The notes under the pieces: model-generated
Told to the model about the DNA's origin: nothing
The model's input: only the letters and a program-made list of their open reading frames with translations
Databases searched by the model: none
Assembly (NCBI RefSeq): GCF_004765795.1
Contig: NZ_SBIV01000004.1
Location: forward strand, 248,001 to 312,000
Origin: Halorussus marinus
Lineage (GTDB): Archaea; Halobacteriota; Halobacteria; Halobacteriales; Haladaptataceae
Direction of reading: 5' to 3'
Length of the DNA stretch: 64,000 nucleotides
Translations under genes and position numbers: made by a program
Shown: positions 49,371-59,256 of the stretch, piece after piece
Numbering within the stretch: position 1 is the stretch's first letter
How the letters are laid out: each line of letters starts with the position of its first letter

Positions 49371-50987
49371 ATGGCGCCACCTGAGACGGCGGCGCCCGCG
49401 GTCCGACTCGACGGCATCACCAAGCGGTTCGGCGACGTGGTCGCCAACGACGGCGTCGACTTCACGCTCGAACGCGGGACGGTCCACGCCCTGCTGGGCG
49501 AGAACGGCTCGGGCAAGACGACCCTGATGAGCGTCCTCTACGGGCTGTACGATCAGGACGCCGGGACGATCGCGATCGACGGCCAGCCCCGGGCGTTCGA
49601 CTCGCCCAGAGACGCCATGGACGCCGGGGTCGGCATGATCCACCAGCACTTCCAGCTCGTCGAGCCGATGACCGTCCTCCAGAACGTCATCCTGGGCCAC
49701 GAGCCGACCGAGAACGGACTGGTCGACGAGGCCGCCGCGAGAGACGACGTCGAGGCGATCTGCTCGCGGTACGACTTCGACGTCGACCGGTATCTGGACA
49801 CGCCGGTTCGGGAGCTCGACCTCGGCGCGCGCCAGCGCGTCGAGATCGTCAAGAGCCTCTACCGGGGCGCCGAGATCCTCGTCCTCGACGAGCCGACGGC
49901 GGTGCTCACCCCACAGGAGGCCGATCGGCTGTTCGACGTGATGGACGAGCTCACCGCGTCGGGGCGCTCGCTCGTCTTCATCACCCACAAGCTCGACGAG
50001 GCGCTGACCGCCGCCGACGAGATCACCGTGCTCCGGGACGGGGCGGCCGTCGGGACGGTGGCGGCCGCCGACGCCACCGAGCGGGAACTCGCGCGGCTGA
50101 TGGTCGGCCGGGAGGTGCTGTTCGACCGCGAGCGTCGCGAGACGGCGCCCGGCGAGCCCCTCCTCGCGGTCGAGGACCTCCGGGTCCGGGGCGACCGCGG
50201 GCTCGAACGGGTCCGGGAGGTCGGGTTCACGGTCCGCGAACGCGAGATCCTGGGCGTCGCGGGCGTGCAGGGCAACGGCCAGACCGAACTGGTCGAGGCG
50301 CTCGCCGGGCTTCGCCCCGTCGCGTCGGGCGCCATCCGGTTCCGCGGCGAGGACGTGACCGGTCTGAGCCGGCGCGAGCGGATCGAGGCCGGCATCGCCT
50401 ACGTCCCCGAGGACCGACAGACCGAGGGGTTGGTGCAGGACTACGACCTCGTGCACAACGCGTTGCTCGGGAATCATACCATCGAACCGTACGCGCGCCG
50501 GGGGTTCGTCGACTGGGCGGCCGTCCGGGAACACGCCGAGGAGATCGTCCGGGAGTACGACGTCCAGCCGCCGACCCCCGACGCGGAGGCGGCGTCGCTG
50601 TCTGGCGGGAACCAGCAGAAGTTCATCGCGGGCCGGGAGATCGAACACGACCCCGACGTCATGGTCGCGGCCCACCCCACGCGCGGGGTCGACGTCGGCT
50701 CGATCGAGTTCATCCACGACCGCCTGCTCGCACTCCGCGACGCCGGGCTGGCGATCGTGCTGGTCTCCTCGAAGCTAGAGGAGATCCGGACCCTCTCCGA
50801 CCGGATCGCGGTCATGTACGAGGGCGAGTTCGTCGACACGGTCGACCCCGACGCGGTGACCGACGAGGAACTGGGACTGCTGATGGCCGGCCGCGATCGC
50901 GGCGAGGACCCGACCGACGCCCGACGCGGGGAGGCGGAAGTCGAACCGGACCGCGCCGACGGACCAGACGGAGGCGGGCGAGCGTGA
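49371..50987 (+). CDS. Nucleoside/sugar ABC transporter ATP-binding protein (two ABC domains)
   Basis: LLGENGSGKTT, HQHFQLV, LSGGNQQK, PTRGVDVG. Confidence 0.92.
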   Translation: MAPPETAAPAVRLDGITKRFGDVVANDGVDFTLERGTVHALLGENGSGKTTLMSVLYGLYDQDAGTIAIDGQPRAFDSPRDAMDAGVGMIHQHFQLVEPMTVLQNVILGHEPTENGLVDEAAARDDVEAICSRYDFDVDRYLDTPVRELDLGARQRVEIVKSLYRGAEILVLDEPTAVLTPQEADRLFDVMDELTASGRSLVFITHKLDEALTAADEITVLRDGAAVGTVAAADATERELARLMVGREVLFDRERRETAPGEPLLAVEDLRVRGDRGLERVREVGFTVREREILGVAGVQGNGQTELVEALAGLRPVASGAIRFRGEDVTGLSRRERIEAGIAYVPEDRQTEGLVQDYDLVHNALLGNHTIEPYARRGFVDWAAVREHAEEIVREYDVQPPTPDAEAASLSGGNQQKFIAGREIEHDPDVMVAAHPTRGVDVGSIEFIHDRLLALRDAGLAIVLVSSKLEEIRTLSDRIAVMYEGEFVDTVDPDAVTDEELGLLMAGRDRGEDPTDARRGEAEVEPDRADGPDGGGRA

Positions 50988-52114
50988 CCGACCCAGACGC
51001 GGGCGGGGGCCGACGGCTCGATCGGGCCGCCGACCGCATGCTCGGCGCGTCGGCGGTCCAGCGGCTCCTGATCGCGACCGCGTCGACGGTGCTGGCGCTG
51101 GTCGTCGGGCTGGTGGTCGTGGCCGCGGCCGGCTACGATCCGGCGACCTTCCTGGTGAACGTCTTCGAGGGGTCGTTCGGCGACGCGACCGCGGTCGCAC
51201 AGACGCTTCGGTCCACGACGCTGTTCGTGCTGACCGGGGTCGCGGTGGCGGTCGCGTTCCGGGCCGGCGTGTTCAACATCGGCGTGCAGGGCCAGTTCGT
51301 CGTCGGCGGGTTCGCCACCGTCGTCTCGATCCTGTGGCTCGCCCCGCTGGCCCCCGAGAACGCGGTCGGGGGCGCCGCACTCTTGGTCTGCGGGGCGCTC
51401 GCGGCCGTCGTCGCGGGCGGCCTCTACGGCGCGCTCCCGGGCGTCCTGAAGGCGTACGCCGACGCCAACGAGATCATCACCACGATCATGCTGAACTTCA
51501 TCGCGATCGGGGTGGTCGGGTGGCTCGTCGACGGGCCGTTCCGGGGCGAGGGCCAGCGCGCGCCCAACACCGCCCGGATCCCCGAGCACGTCGGCCTCCC
51601 GCGGCTCGTCTTCGACGTGCCGGACTTCTCGGTCGTCGGGCTCGCGGTCGCGCTCGTCGCGGTCGGCGCGATCGCTGTGGTCATGGAACGGACCCGGCTG
51701 GGGTACGACATGATCACCAGCGGCCATCAGGAGGCGGCGGCCGCGTTCTCGGGCGTCGACGCCAAGCGCACGATCGTCGCCACCATGACCCTCTCAGGGA
51801 TGGTCGCGGGCGTCGCGGGCGCGGTGTTCGCCGTGATGATTCAGGGCTACTACAGCGACCCGAGCGGGATCGGCACGTACGGCTTCGACGCCATCGCCGT
51901 CAGCCTGCTCGCGGCGAACAACCCGCTCGGGGTCGTCCCGGCCGGACTGCTGTTCGGCGGGCTCGACGCCGCCGGCAGGCACATCGGCATCTACAGCGAC
52001 GTGCCCGTCCAGTTGATCGACGGGGTCGTCGGGCTCGTCGTCCTGTTCGTCGCCGCGCCAGAGCTGTTCCGGATGGCGGCCCGGCGGACCGGGCTCGGGG
52101 GCGAGGACCGATGA
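50984..52114 (+). CDS. Nucleoside ABC transporter permease
   Basis: FRAGVFNIGVQGQ, NEIITTIMLNFIA, GFDAIAVSLL. Confidence 0.9.
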   Translation: MTDPDAGGGRRLDRAADRMLGASAVQRLLIATASTVLALVVGLVVVAAAGYDPATFLVNVFEGSFGDATAVAQTLRSTTLFVLTGVAVAVAFRAGVFNIGVQGQFVVGGFATVVSILWLAPLAPENAVGGAALLVCGALAAVVAGGLYGALPGVLKAYADANEIITTIMLNFIAIGVVGWLVDGPFRGEGQRAPNTARIPEHVGLPRLVFDVPDFSVVGLAVALVAVGAIAVVMERTRLGYDMITSGHQEAAAAFSGVDAKRTIVATMTLSGMVAGVAGAVFAVMIQGYYSDPSGIGTYGFDAIAVSLLAANNPLGVVPAGLLFGGLDAAGRHIGIYSDVPVQLIDGVVGLVVLFVAAPELFRMAARRTGLGGEDR

Positions 52115-53160
52115 GCGTCGCCGACTACGCCGCCCGCAACCGCGTCCGGATCGGCGCCGCGGTCGGCCTGCTCGCCGGCGCGGCGCTCCTCGCGGCCCTG
52201 CTCGACCTGCCGGTCGCGGCCATCGTGACCGTCGGGTTCGTCGAGCGGACGCTCCAGGCGGCGACCCCGATCGCGCTCGCGGCGGTCGGCGGGCTCTACG
52301 CCGAGAAGAGCGGCGTGTTCAACATCGGCCTCGAAGGGTTCATGATCTTCGGGGCGGCCAACGCCGGCGCCGTCGCGTGGCTCTCGGGCGGCGGATCGCC
52401 GACCCAGCTCGACCTCTGGGTCGGCATCCTCGCGGCGGTGCTCCTCAGCCTCGCGTACGGCGCGATCTTCGCCGCGCTGACGATCCGGTACGAGGCCGAC
52501 CAGATCGTCGCCGGCCTCGCGGTCTGGTTCGTCGGGCTCGGGTTCGGCCCGTTCACCGCGGTCGTCCTCTGGGGCAACCGCAACAGCCCGCGGCTCGCGA
52601 GCGTCGCCGATCTCACCGTCCCGGTGCTGTCGGAGCTCCCGGTGGTCGGTCCCGTGCTGTTCGACACGTCGCCGCTGGTGGCGCTCGCCGCGCTGGCGGT
52701 CGGGATCTCGTGGGTGGTGCTGTACCGGACCAGATACGGCTACTGGCTCCGGGCGGCCGGCGAGAACCCCGAGGCGCTCGACACGGCGGGGGTCAGCGTG
52801 GCCCGCGTCCGGTACGGGGCGGTGATCTTCTCGGCCGCGATGGCGGGGCTTGCCGGCGCCGTCCTGCTGGCCCACGCCGGGTCGTTCACCGGCACCGGCG
52901 ACACGATGGTCAACGGCCGGGGGTGGATCGGGATCGTCGCGTATCTGTTCGGCAACTACAACCCGATCGGGGCGGGCGCGGCGGCGGTGCTGTTCGGCGG
53001 GCTGGACATGCTCCAGATCCAGTTCCAGACCGCCGGCATCGAGGTGCCAAACCGGCTCGTCAATCTGTTCCCGTACGCGGCGGTCGTCGTCGTGCTCACC
53101 GTCTGGGGCTCGACCCGGATGCCCGCGGCCGTCGGCGAACCCTACGAGAGCGAGGAGTGA
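52111..53160 (+). CDS. Nucleoside ABC transporter permease
   Basis: EKSGVFNIGLEG, LRAAGENPEA, GRGWIG; start at ATG 52111 overlapping the upstream stop. Confidence 0.9.
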   Translation: MSVADYAARNRVRIGAAVGLLAGAALLAALLDLPVAAIVTVGFVERTLQAATPIALAAVGGLYAEKSGVFNIGLEGFMIFGAANAGAVAWLSGGGSPTQLDLWVGILAAVLLSLAYGAIFAALTIRYEADQIVAGLAVWFVGLGFGPFTAVVLWGNRNSPRLASVADLTVPVLSELPVVGPVLFDTSPLVALAALAVGISWVVLYRTRYGYWLRAAGENPEALDTAGVSVARVRYGAVIFSAAMAGLAGAVLLAHAGSFTGTGDTMVNGRGWIGIVAYLFGNYNPIGAGAAAVLFGGLDMLQIQFQTAGIEVPNRLVNLFPYAAVVVVLTVWGSTRMPAAVGEPYESEE

Positions 53161-53188
53161 GCCCCGACCCCGTCGAGTCGCCGCGGGC

Positions 53189-53965
53189 TCACAGCAGTTC
53201 GTCGAGGTGGCTCCGGGAGTACTCGAGGTACTCGAGCGACCGCGTGCCGATTTCGAGCGACAGCGTCCCGGTCCACCCCGACGGGAACGCCTCGAAGATG
53301 GGCTCGAAGTCGAGGTTTCCCGCGCCGAACGGGAGGTGTTCGTCGGCCGGCCGGCGGGTGTCGTTGAGGTGGACGTGCGAGATCCGATCGGCGTGATCGG
53401 CGACGAACGCGGCGGTGTCGGCGGCGTCGTAGCCGGTGACTCGGGCGTGGCCGGTGTCGAGGGTCATCGACGCGTCCGTGTTCGCGAGCAGTCGGTCGAT
53501 GTGTTCGATCGTGTACGCGCTGTCGAAGATGTTCTCCGCACAGATCTCCAGCCCGCGGTCGGCGCCGTAGGCGGTCAGGTCGGCCACCGACGCGTCGATG
53601 TGATCGCGGAGCGCCGCGTCCTCCCAGGCGACCTCCCACGCCGACGACTCGGGGTGGAGGACGCCCTTCTCGGCGCCGAGATCGGCCGCGACGTCGATGC
53701 ACGTCCGCTGGGTCTCGATCGCGCCGTCGCGGACGCCCGGATACGGCGAGCCGATGTCGGTCGGGAACGGGAGGTGGACGACCAGATCGAGCCCGTGGTC
53801 GGCCAGCGTGGCCCGGACGTCAGACGCCCGCGATGCGAGGGTTTCGTGGGCGTGTGGCCCGTCCATCAGCACTTCGACGTAGTCGAAGTCGCCGGCGGCG
53901 GCGAAGTTCAGTTGGCGGTCCAGCTCCGATGCGACTGACGTGACGAAACCGATGCGTGGGTTCAT
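53189..53965 (-). CDS. Sugar-phosphate isomerase/epimerase (xylose isomerase-like TIM barrel)
   Basis: VLHP, ICAEN, TLDTGHA, HVHLND, DEHLPFGAG, LSLE. Confidence 0.85.
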   Translation of the reverse strand: MNPRIGFVTSVASELDRQLNFAAAGDFDYVEVLMDGPHAHETLASRASDVRATLADHGLDLVVHLPFPTDIGSPYPGVRDGAIETQRTCIDVAADLGAEKGVLHPESSAWEVAWEDAALRDHIDASVADLTAYGADRGLEICAENIFDSAYTIEHIDRLLANTDASMTLDTGHARVTGYDAADTAAFVADHADRISHVHLNDTRRPADEHLPFGAGNLDFEPIFEAFPSGWTGTLSLEIGTRSLEYLEYSRSHLDELL

Positions 53966-54663
53966 TGTGGTCTCCGGGGAGAATCCGTGTCGGTCGATCG
54001 CGCGGGCAGGTCGGTCAGGTCGGCGAGGCTCTCGATGCGGTAGGTCGGCTCGGCGTCGAGGCGGTACTCCCGGCGGTGCGGGCGCGCGACGAACGCGGAG
54101 TCGACGCCGGCGGCGTTCGCGGCCGCCACGTCGACGCGGCTATCGCCCACGTAGAGGGCCGACCGGACGTCGAGCGCGTCGAGCGCCGTTTCGAGGTACG
54201 ACGGGTCGGGCTTGCGCCGCGCCAGTCCCTCTAGGGTCGGATCCCGGCCGTAGTGGGCCTCGAACGTCGCGAGGTCGAACTCGTCGACGACGCGCTCGAT
54301 CGTCGCGTGCTGATTGTTGCTCACGATCGCGGTCGGCACCGAGAGATCGGCGACGACGTCGACGTCGGCGTACAGCGGCTTGCGGCCCTCGCGGATCGCG
54401 CTCGCCTGGACGGCGGTCCGGTGGCGCTCGTTGCGTCGCCAGAACCGCTCGGCGTCGAGGCCGTACCGGTCGGCCAGTTCCCGGACCGTCTCGACCGAGA
54501 GGTCCTCGACGAGCGCCCGGACGTCCCCGGCGTCGGGGTCGACGTCGAACGCGCCGAACGCCTCCCGGGAGGCCGCGAGCAGGAGCGACTCGTCGGTCGG
54601 ATGCGTGAGCACGCCGTCGTTGTCGAAGACGACCGCGTCGTATCTGGCGGCGACGTGGGTCAT
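53962..54663 (-). CDS. HAD-superfamily hydrolase
   Basis: VFDNDGVL, IVSNN, RKPDP, YVGDSRVD; start at ATG 54663. Confidence 0.88.
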   Translation of the reverse strand: MTHVAARYDAVVFDNDGVLTHPTDESLLLAASREAFGAFDVDPDAGDVRALVEDLSVETVRELADRYGLDAERFWRRNERHRTAVQASAIREGRKPLYADVDVVADLSVPTAIVSNNQHATIERVVDEFDLATFEAHYGRDPTLEGLARRKPDPSYLETALDALDVRSALYVGDSRVDVAAANAAGVDSAFVARPHRREYRLDAEPTYRIESLADLTDLPARSTDTDSPRRPQ

Positions 54664-55805
54664 CGTCGCTCCGGGCTCCCGTCGGCGAGGAGGGGCTCGG
54701 CCTCTGTGGCGTCTAACTCCGTCGAGGAGTGGTACAGCGCTTCGCCGGATTCGGGGTCGAACAGGTGGAGTCGCTCCGGGTCGGCGGCCAGCGACACCGC
54801 GTCGCCGACGCCGACGGGCGAGCGCGCCGGCAGGCTCACCTCCATCTCGGCGCCGCCGACGGTGCCGCGGGTGAGCAGCGAGTCGCCCAGCGGCTCGGTC
54901 ACCGTGATCTCCATCCGGAGCGGTCCGTCGCGCTCCTGGCGGAGATCCTCCGGGCGGACGCCGAGGACCGCTCGACCGTCGACGCGGTCGGCGACCCTCC
55001 CGGCAGACGGGAGCGTGAGCTGGTTCGAGCCCCACGTCGCGACCGCGTCGTCCCCGCGGCGTTCGAGAGTCGCCTCGACGGTGTTCATCCCCGGACTGCC
55101 GATGAACTCGGCCACGAACCGGGTGTCGGGCGCGTCGTACAGGCGTTGGGGCGGCGCGACCTGCTGGAGTTCGCCGTCGTACATCACCGCGACCCGGTCG
55201 CCGAGGGTCATCGCCTCGACCTGATCGTGGGTGACGTACAGCGTCGTCGTCTGGAGCTCGGCGTGCAACTCCGCGAGCTCGGCGCGCATCTGAACCCGGA
55301 GCTTCGCGTCGAGGTTCGAGAGGGGCTCGTCCATCAGGAACACCTCCGGGTCCCGGACGAGCGCGCGGCCGATCGCGACCCGCTGTTGCTCGCCGCCCGA
55401 GAGCGCCGCCGGCGTCCGGTCGAGCAGGTCCTCGATGTCGAGAATCGCGGCCGCCTCCGCGACGCGGTCGTCGACCTCCCCGGACCCGAAGTCGGTGGCG
55501 GTCCGGACGCCGAAGGTCATGTTCTCCCGGGCGGTCATGTGTGGGTACAGCGCGTAGCTCTGGAACACCATCGCGACGTCCCGGTCGCCCGGCGGGGTGT
55601 CGGTCACGTCGCTGTCGGCGATCTCGACCGCGCCCTCGGTCGGGGATTCGAGCCCCGCGAGGAGCCGAAGCGTGGTCGATTTCCCGCACCCGGAGGGCCC
55701 GACGAGGACCAGAAACTCTCCGTCGCGGACGTTGAGGTCGACGCCGTCGACCGCGGTGACGTCGTCGAAGCGTTTCACCAAGTCAGTGGTCGTGATTCCT
55801 GTCAT
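54660..55805 (-). CDS. ugpC: Sugar/glycerol-3-phosphate ABC ATP-binding protein (UgpC/MalK-like)
   Basis: GPSGCGKST, VFQSYALYPHM, MDEPLSNLDAKLR, YVTHDQVEAM; start 55805. Confidence 0.85.
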   Translation of the reverse strand: MTGITTTDLVKRFDDVTAVDGVDLNVRDGEFLVLVGPSGCGKSTTLRLLAGLESPTEGAVEIADSDVTDTPPGDRDVAMVFQSYALYPHMTARENMTFGVRTATDFGSGEVDDRVAEAAAILDIEDLLDRTPAALSGGEQQRVAIGRALVRDPEVFLMDEPLSNLDAKLRVQMRAELAELHAELQTTTLYVTHDQVEAMTLGDRVAVMYDGELQQVAPPQRLYDAPDTRFVAEFIGSPGMNTVEATLERRGDDAVATWGSNQLTLPSAGRVADRVDGRAVLGVRPEDLRQERDGPLRMEITVTEPLGDSLLTRGTVGGAEMEVSLPARSPVGVGDAVSLAADPERLHLFDPESGEALYHSSTELDATEAEPLLADGSPERR

Positions 55806-56668
55806 TCTGCGAGTCCGAACGTTTCGAGCAGCGGGCCCCGGAACGCGATGAGCGCGACCAGCGGCGGCAGCAGCGTCAACACGGCGCCCGCCATGATGAG
55901 TCCCCAGTCGGTCTGGCCGGCGTTGCCGACCGACTGGAGGTACTTCATTCCGACCTGTACGACCTGCTTGTTCTGATCGGAGATGACGATAAGCGGCCAC
56001 AGATACTGGTTCCACGCGTAGATGAACGTGATCACGCCGAGACCGCTGATCATCCCCCGCGACATCGGGATCAGCACGTCCCAGAGAAATCGCAGTGGGC
56101 CGACCCCGTCGAGCTTCGCCGACTCGACCAGCGAGTCGGGGATAGACAGGAAGTGCTGGCGCAGGAGGAACACGGCGGTCGCGCTCGCCAGATACGGCCC
56201 CGTGAGCGCCAACAGCGTGTTCGACCAGCCCCAGGCGGCCATCAGTTCGTACAGCGGGACGATGCGGACCGGCACCGGGACCATCAGCGTGAACAGGATG
56301 AGAAAGAAGATCGCGTTCTTGAACCGGAACCGATAGAACACGAGCGCGACCGCCGCAAGCAGGCTCACCGCGATCTTGCCGACGGTGACGACGACCGACA
56401 TCACCAGCGAGTTGAGCATGTACGACGCCATCTCGTAGGTCGTCAACACCTCGAGGTAGTTGGCGAGCCCGTCGCTCCCGGCGCCGATATTCGTGATGTC
56501 GTACACCTCCGGAACGGTCTGGGTGCTCATCACGAACGCCAGCAACAGCGGCGAGGCCATCAGCAGGATCGAGCCGATCAGTCCCGCGTGGACGGGCCAC
56601 TGCTCGGGAACGAGCGTCGCGTCCGTGATCGCCGACGGCGCCGCGTCGTCTTGTGTTTCGTGAGACAT
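55802..56668 (-). CDS. ugpE: ABC permease, UgpE-like
   Basis: FLLRQHFLSIPDSLVESAKLDG, WNQYLWPL; start 56668. Confidence 0.8.
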   Translation of the reverse strand: MSHETQDDAAPSAITDATLVPEQWPVHAGLIGSILLMASPLLLAFVMSTQTVPEVYDITNIGAGSDGLANYLEVLTTYEMASYMLNSLVMSVVVTVGKIAVSLLAAVALVFYRFRFKNAIFFLILFTLMVPVPVRIVPLYELMAAWGWSNTLLALTGPYLASATAVFLLRQHFLSIPDSLVESAKLDGVGPLRFLWDVLIPMSRGMISGLGVITFIYAWNQYLWPLIVISDQNKQVVQVGMKYLQSVGNAGQTDWGLIMAGAVLTLLPPLVALIAFRGPLLETFGLAE

Positions 56669-57555
56669 TAGTAGTGTGCGTAGCGGTCGGACACGCGCAA
56701 CTGGACGTAGGTGAGTCCCGCGACGAGGACGAACAGGATCACCGACTCGGCCGACGCGAGTCCGAGGTTGTTGAACTGGAACGCGTCGCGGTACAACTGG
56801 TAGATCATCAGGTTCGTGGCGTTCGTCGGGCCGCCCTGCGTCATCAGGTCGATCAGCGCGAAGCTCCCGAAGAACGCGTAGATCGTGTTGATCACGACCA
56901 GAAAGACCAGCGTCGGCGACATCAGCGGGACGTACACCCGGACGAGCCGGCGCCACGTCTCGACGCCGTCGAGCTCGCAGGCCTCGTTCAACGCTTCGGG
57001 AACGTTGTTCAGCGCCGCGAGCATGAAGATCACGTTGTACCCGACCTGCTTCCAGATGGCCGCCACCGCGAGCACGGCGAACGCCTGCCAGCCGACGGTG
57101 AACCAGTCGAGTTCGACCCCGAACCACGCCTCGAGGTAGTGGGTGTAGATCCCGACGCTCGGGTGGGCCAAGAACAGCAACACCGTCCCGGCGACGGCCG
57201 TCGGGAGCGCGTACGGCCAGATCGCGGCCACCAGATACGCGGCCTTGCCGTCGCTCACCTCGTACAGCAGGAACGCCACGAACAGCCCGATGGCCAGCGA
57301 TCCCGCGACCACGATCGCCGCGAACGCGAACGTCAGGCCGACGCTCCCGAGGTACGTCTGTGAGCTCAGCAGTTCGGCGAAGTTCGCCAGCCCGACGAAC
57401 CGCGTGTTCTGGCCGAACAGGAACGTCTTGTAGAGGCTGAGCCGGAGCGTCTGGAGCGACGGGTAGTACAGGAACGCCCCGATCGCGACCAGCGTCGGCA
57501 ACAACAGGAGGTACGCCCCCAGCGTGCTGTCGAAGGTGTTCTCGTGGACGCCCAT
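56668..57555 (-). CDS. ugpA: ABC permease, UgpA-like
   Basis: WKQVGYNVIFMLAAL, TQGGPTNAT. Confidence 0.8.
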   Translation of the reverse strand: MGVHENTFDSTLGAYLLLLPTLVAIGAFLYYPSLQTLRLSLYKTFLFGQNTRFVGLANFAELLSSQTYLGSVGLTFAFAAIVVAGSLAIGLFVAFLLYEVSDGKAAYLVAAIWPYALPTAVAGTVLLFLAHPSVGIYTHYLEAWFGVELDWFTVGWQAFAVLAVAAIWKQVGYNVIFMLAALNNVPEALNEACELDGVETWRRLVRVYVPLMSPTLVFLVVINTIYAFFGSFALIDLMTQGGPTNATNLMIYQLYRDAFQFNNLGLASAESVILFVLVAGLTYVQLRVSDRYAHY

Positions 57556-57556
57556 C

Positions 57557-58972
57557 TTAGCTCCCTTTGCTCTCGATGTAGTCCTGGAGGGCGGCGTCGG
57601 CCTCCGTCTTCATCTGACCGAGCTTCTCGTCGACGCCGACATCGGAGTTGATCATGCTGATGTAGCCGTCCTGGATGATGTCCCGGACCTTCGAGGCCGG
57701 GCCGGCCTGCCAGCCCTGCGTGGCGGTGGTCGTCTCGGTCTCTTTGAGCTGGTCGAACGCGGTCCGGAAGTTGGGGTTGTCGTCGAACCAGCCGTCGTCG
57801 TCTAACTGCTCGACCGCGCTGTCGCTGATCGGGAAGTAGCCGGTGTTGCGGTGCCAGAACGCCTGCTGTTCGGCCTCCGCCAGCCAGAGGAGGAAGTCGG
57901 TGACCGCCTCCTTCTTGGCGTCGGAGAGCCCGCGGGTCATCCACAGCGACGCCCCGCCGATGACGACGCCGGTCCGGGTGTCGCCCGGCGTCGGGAAGTA
58001 CGCCGTCCCGAGTTCGAACCCGTTGTCCGCCGCGCCCTCGGTCGCCGCGGCGACGCCCGCGGTCGAGGAGATCCACATCGCGGTTTTGCCGTTGAGGAAC
58101 GCCTGCTGGGCGGCGTCCCACGCGCCCTTCCCGGCGTGGTTGTACAGCCCGTCGTCGTACATGTCGGCCCACCACCCGAAGATCCGGTCGGCGGTGTCGG
58201 TGTCGAGGTTGATCTCGGTCGGGTCGTCCGCCCGGCCGTTCTCCTCGTTCACGAGCGGGACGCCGGCCTCCGCGAACCACTGCTCGGGGAACCACGAGAC
58301 GTTGGCGAAGGTGATCCCCTGCTCGGCGACCCCCTGATCGACGACGGTCTCGCTCGCCGCCCGGATGCCCTCGAACGTGGTCGGCGGCGACTCGGGATCG
58401 AGCCCGGCCTCCGCGAACTTGTCCTTGTTGTAGTAGAAGATCGGCGTCGAGGAGTTGAACGGCAGCGAGTACACCGTGTCGTCGAACGAGTAGTAGTTGA
58501 TCACCGGGTCCTGGAAGTCCGACCAGTCGATCCGGTCGCTCGGGAGCGCCTCCTCCATCGGCTCGAACGCCCCGCTGTCGATCGCGAGTCGACACCCGAG
58601 GTCGACGATCTGTGCGAGGTCCGGCGCCTCGCCCGCCCCGATCGCGGAGGTGACCGCGTTGAGCGTCTCGGTGTAACTGCCCTTGTAGCTCGTCTCGACG
58701 GTCACTCCGTCGGACTGCTCGTTGAAGTCCTCGGCGAGCGCATCGACCGTCTCGCCGAGGTTGCCCCCCATCGCGTGCCACCACTCGATCGTCGTCTCGC
58801 CACTGCTCGTGTCACTCGCACTCGACTCCGAACTGCCCCCGGAGTCGTTCGAGCCGCCGGAGCCGATCGAGAGGGTCCCCAGACAGCCCGCGGTCGCGAT
58901 GGCGCCCGCGGTGATACCGGTCGTTTTCAGGAAGCGACGCCTGTTCTCGGACGAGTCGTTTGGACTGACCAC
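57557..58972 (-). CDS. ugpB: UgpB-like ABC substrate-binding Tat lipoprotein
   Basis: NRRRFLK, TAGC lipobox, WWHAMGG, PFNSSTPIFYYNKD, IGGASLW, TGYFP. Confidence 0.82.
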   Translation of the reverse strand: MVSPNDSSENRRRFLKTTGITAGAIATAGCLGTLSIGSGGSNDSGGSSESSASDTSSGETTIEWWHAMGGNLGETVDALAEDFNEQSDGVTVETSYKGSYTETLNAVTSAIGAGEAPDLAQIVDLGCRLAIDSGAFEPMEEALPSDRIDWSDFQDPVINYYSFDDTVYSLPFNSSTPIFYYNKDKFAEAGLDPESPPTTFEGIRAASETVVDQGVAEQGITFANVSWFPEQWFAEAGVPLVNEENGRADDPTEINLDTDTADRIFGWWADMYDDGLYNHAGKGAWDAAQQAFLNGKTAMWISSTAGVAAATEGAADNGFELGTAYFPTPGDTRTGVVIGGASLWMTRGLSDAKKEAVTDFLLWLAEAEQQAFWHRNTGYFPISDSAVEQLDDDGWFDDNPNFRTAFDQLKETETTTATQGWQAGPASKVRDIIQDGYISMINSDVGVDEKLGQMKTEADAALQDYIESKGS

Positions 58973-59256
58973 ACGCTCATGTTCGCGAATCGGTATTTAA
59001 AGGATTATAATAGGTCTATGTGGCCGTACGGCGGCCACGAGACGGTCAACAGTCGTCGAGAGCGGACCGGAACGCTATATTGAGATAAGAGCGGTCCGTA
59101 ACGCTCCCGACCGGTGGGCGTCCCTCGCCCCGGGCGTCCCGGCGACGCCCCGACCGAACTCGCACCGCGTCCGGCCGTCGAATCCGTCCGATCGGGGCGA
59201 GACGAAGTCGGTAGGATAAGGTGGCCCGAATCGCATCTCGGAGACGGACCCTCCAG

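Noticed and set aside
51334..57127. Apparent long fusion ORFs 51334-53160, 53962-55689, 54660-56600 and 55802-57127
   Set aside because: N-terminal parts are shadow-frame extensions; real starts overlap upstream stops (52111, 54663, 55805, 56668)
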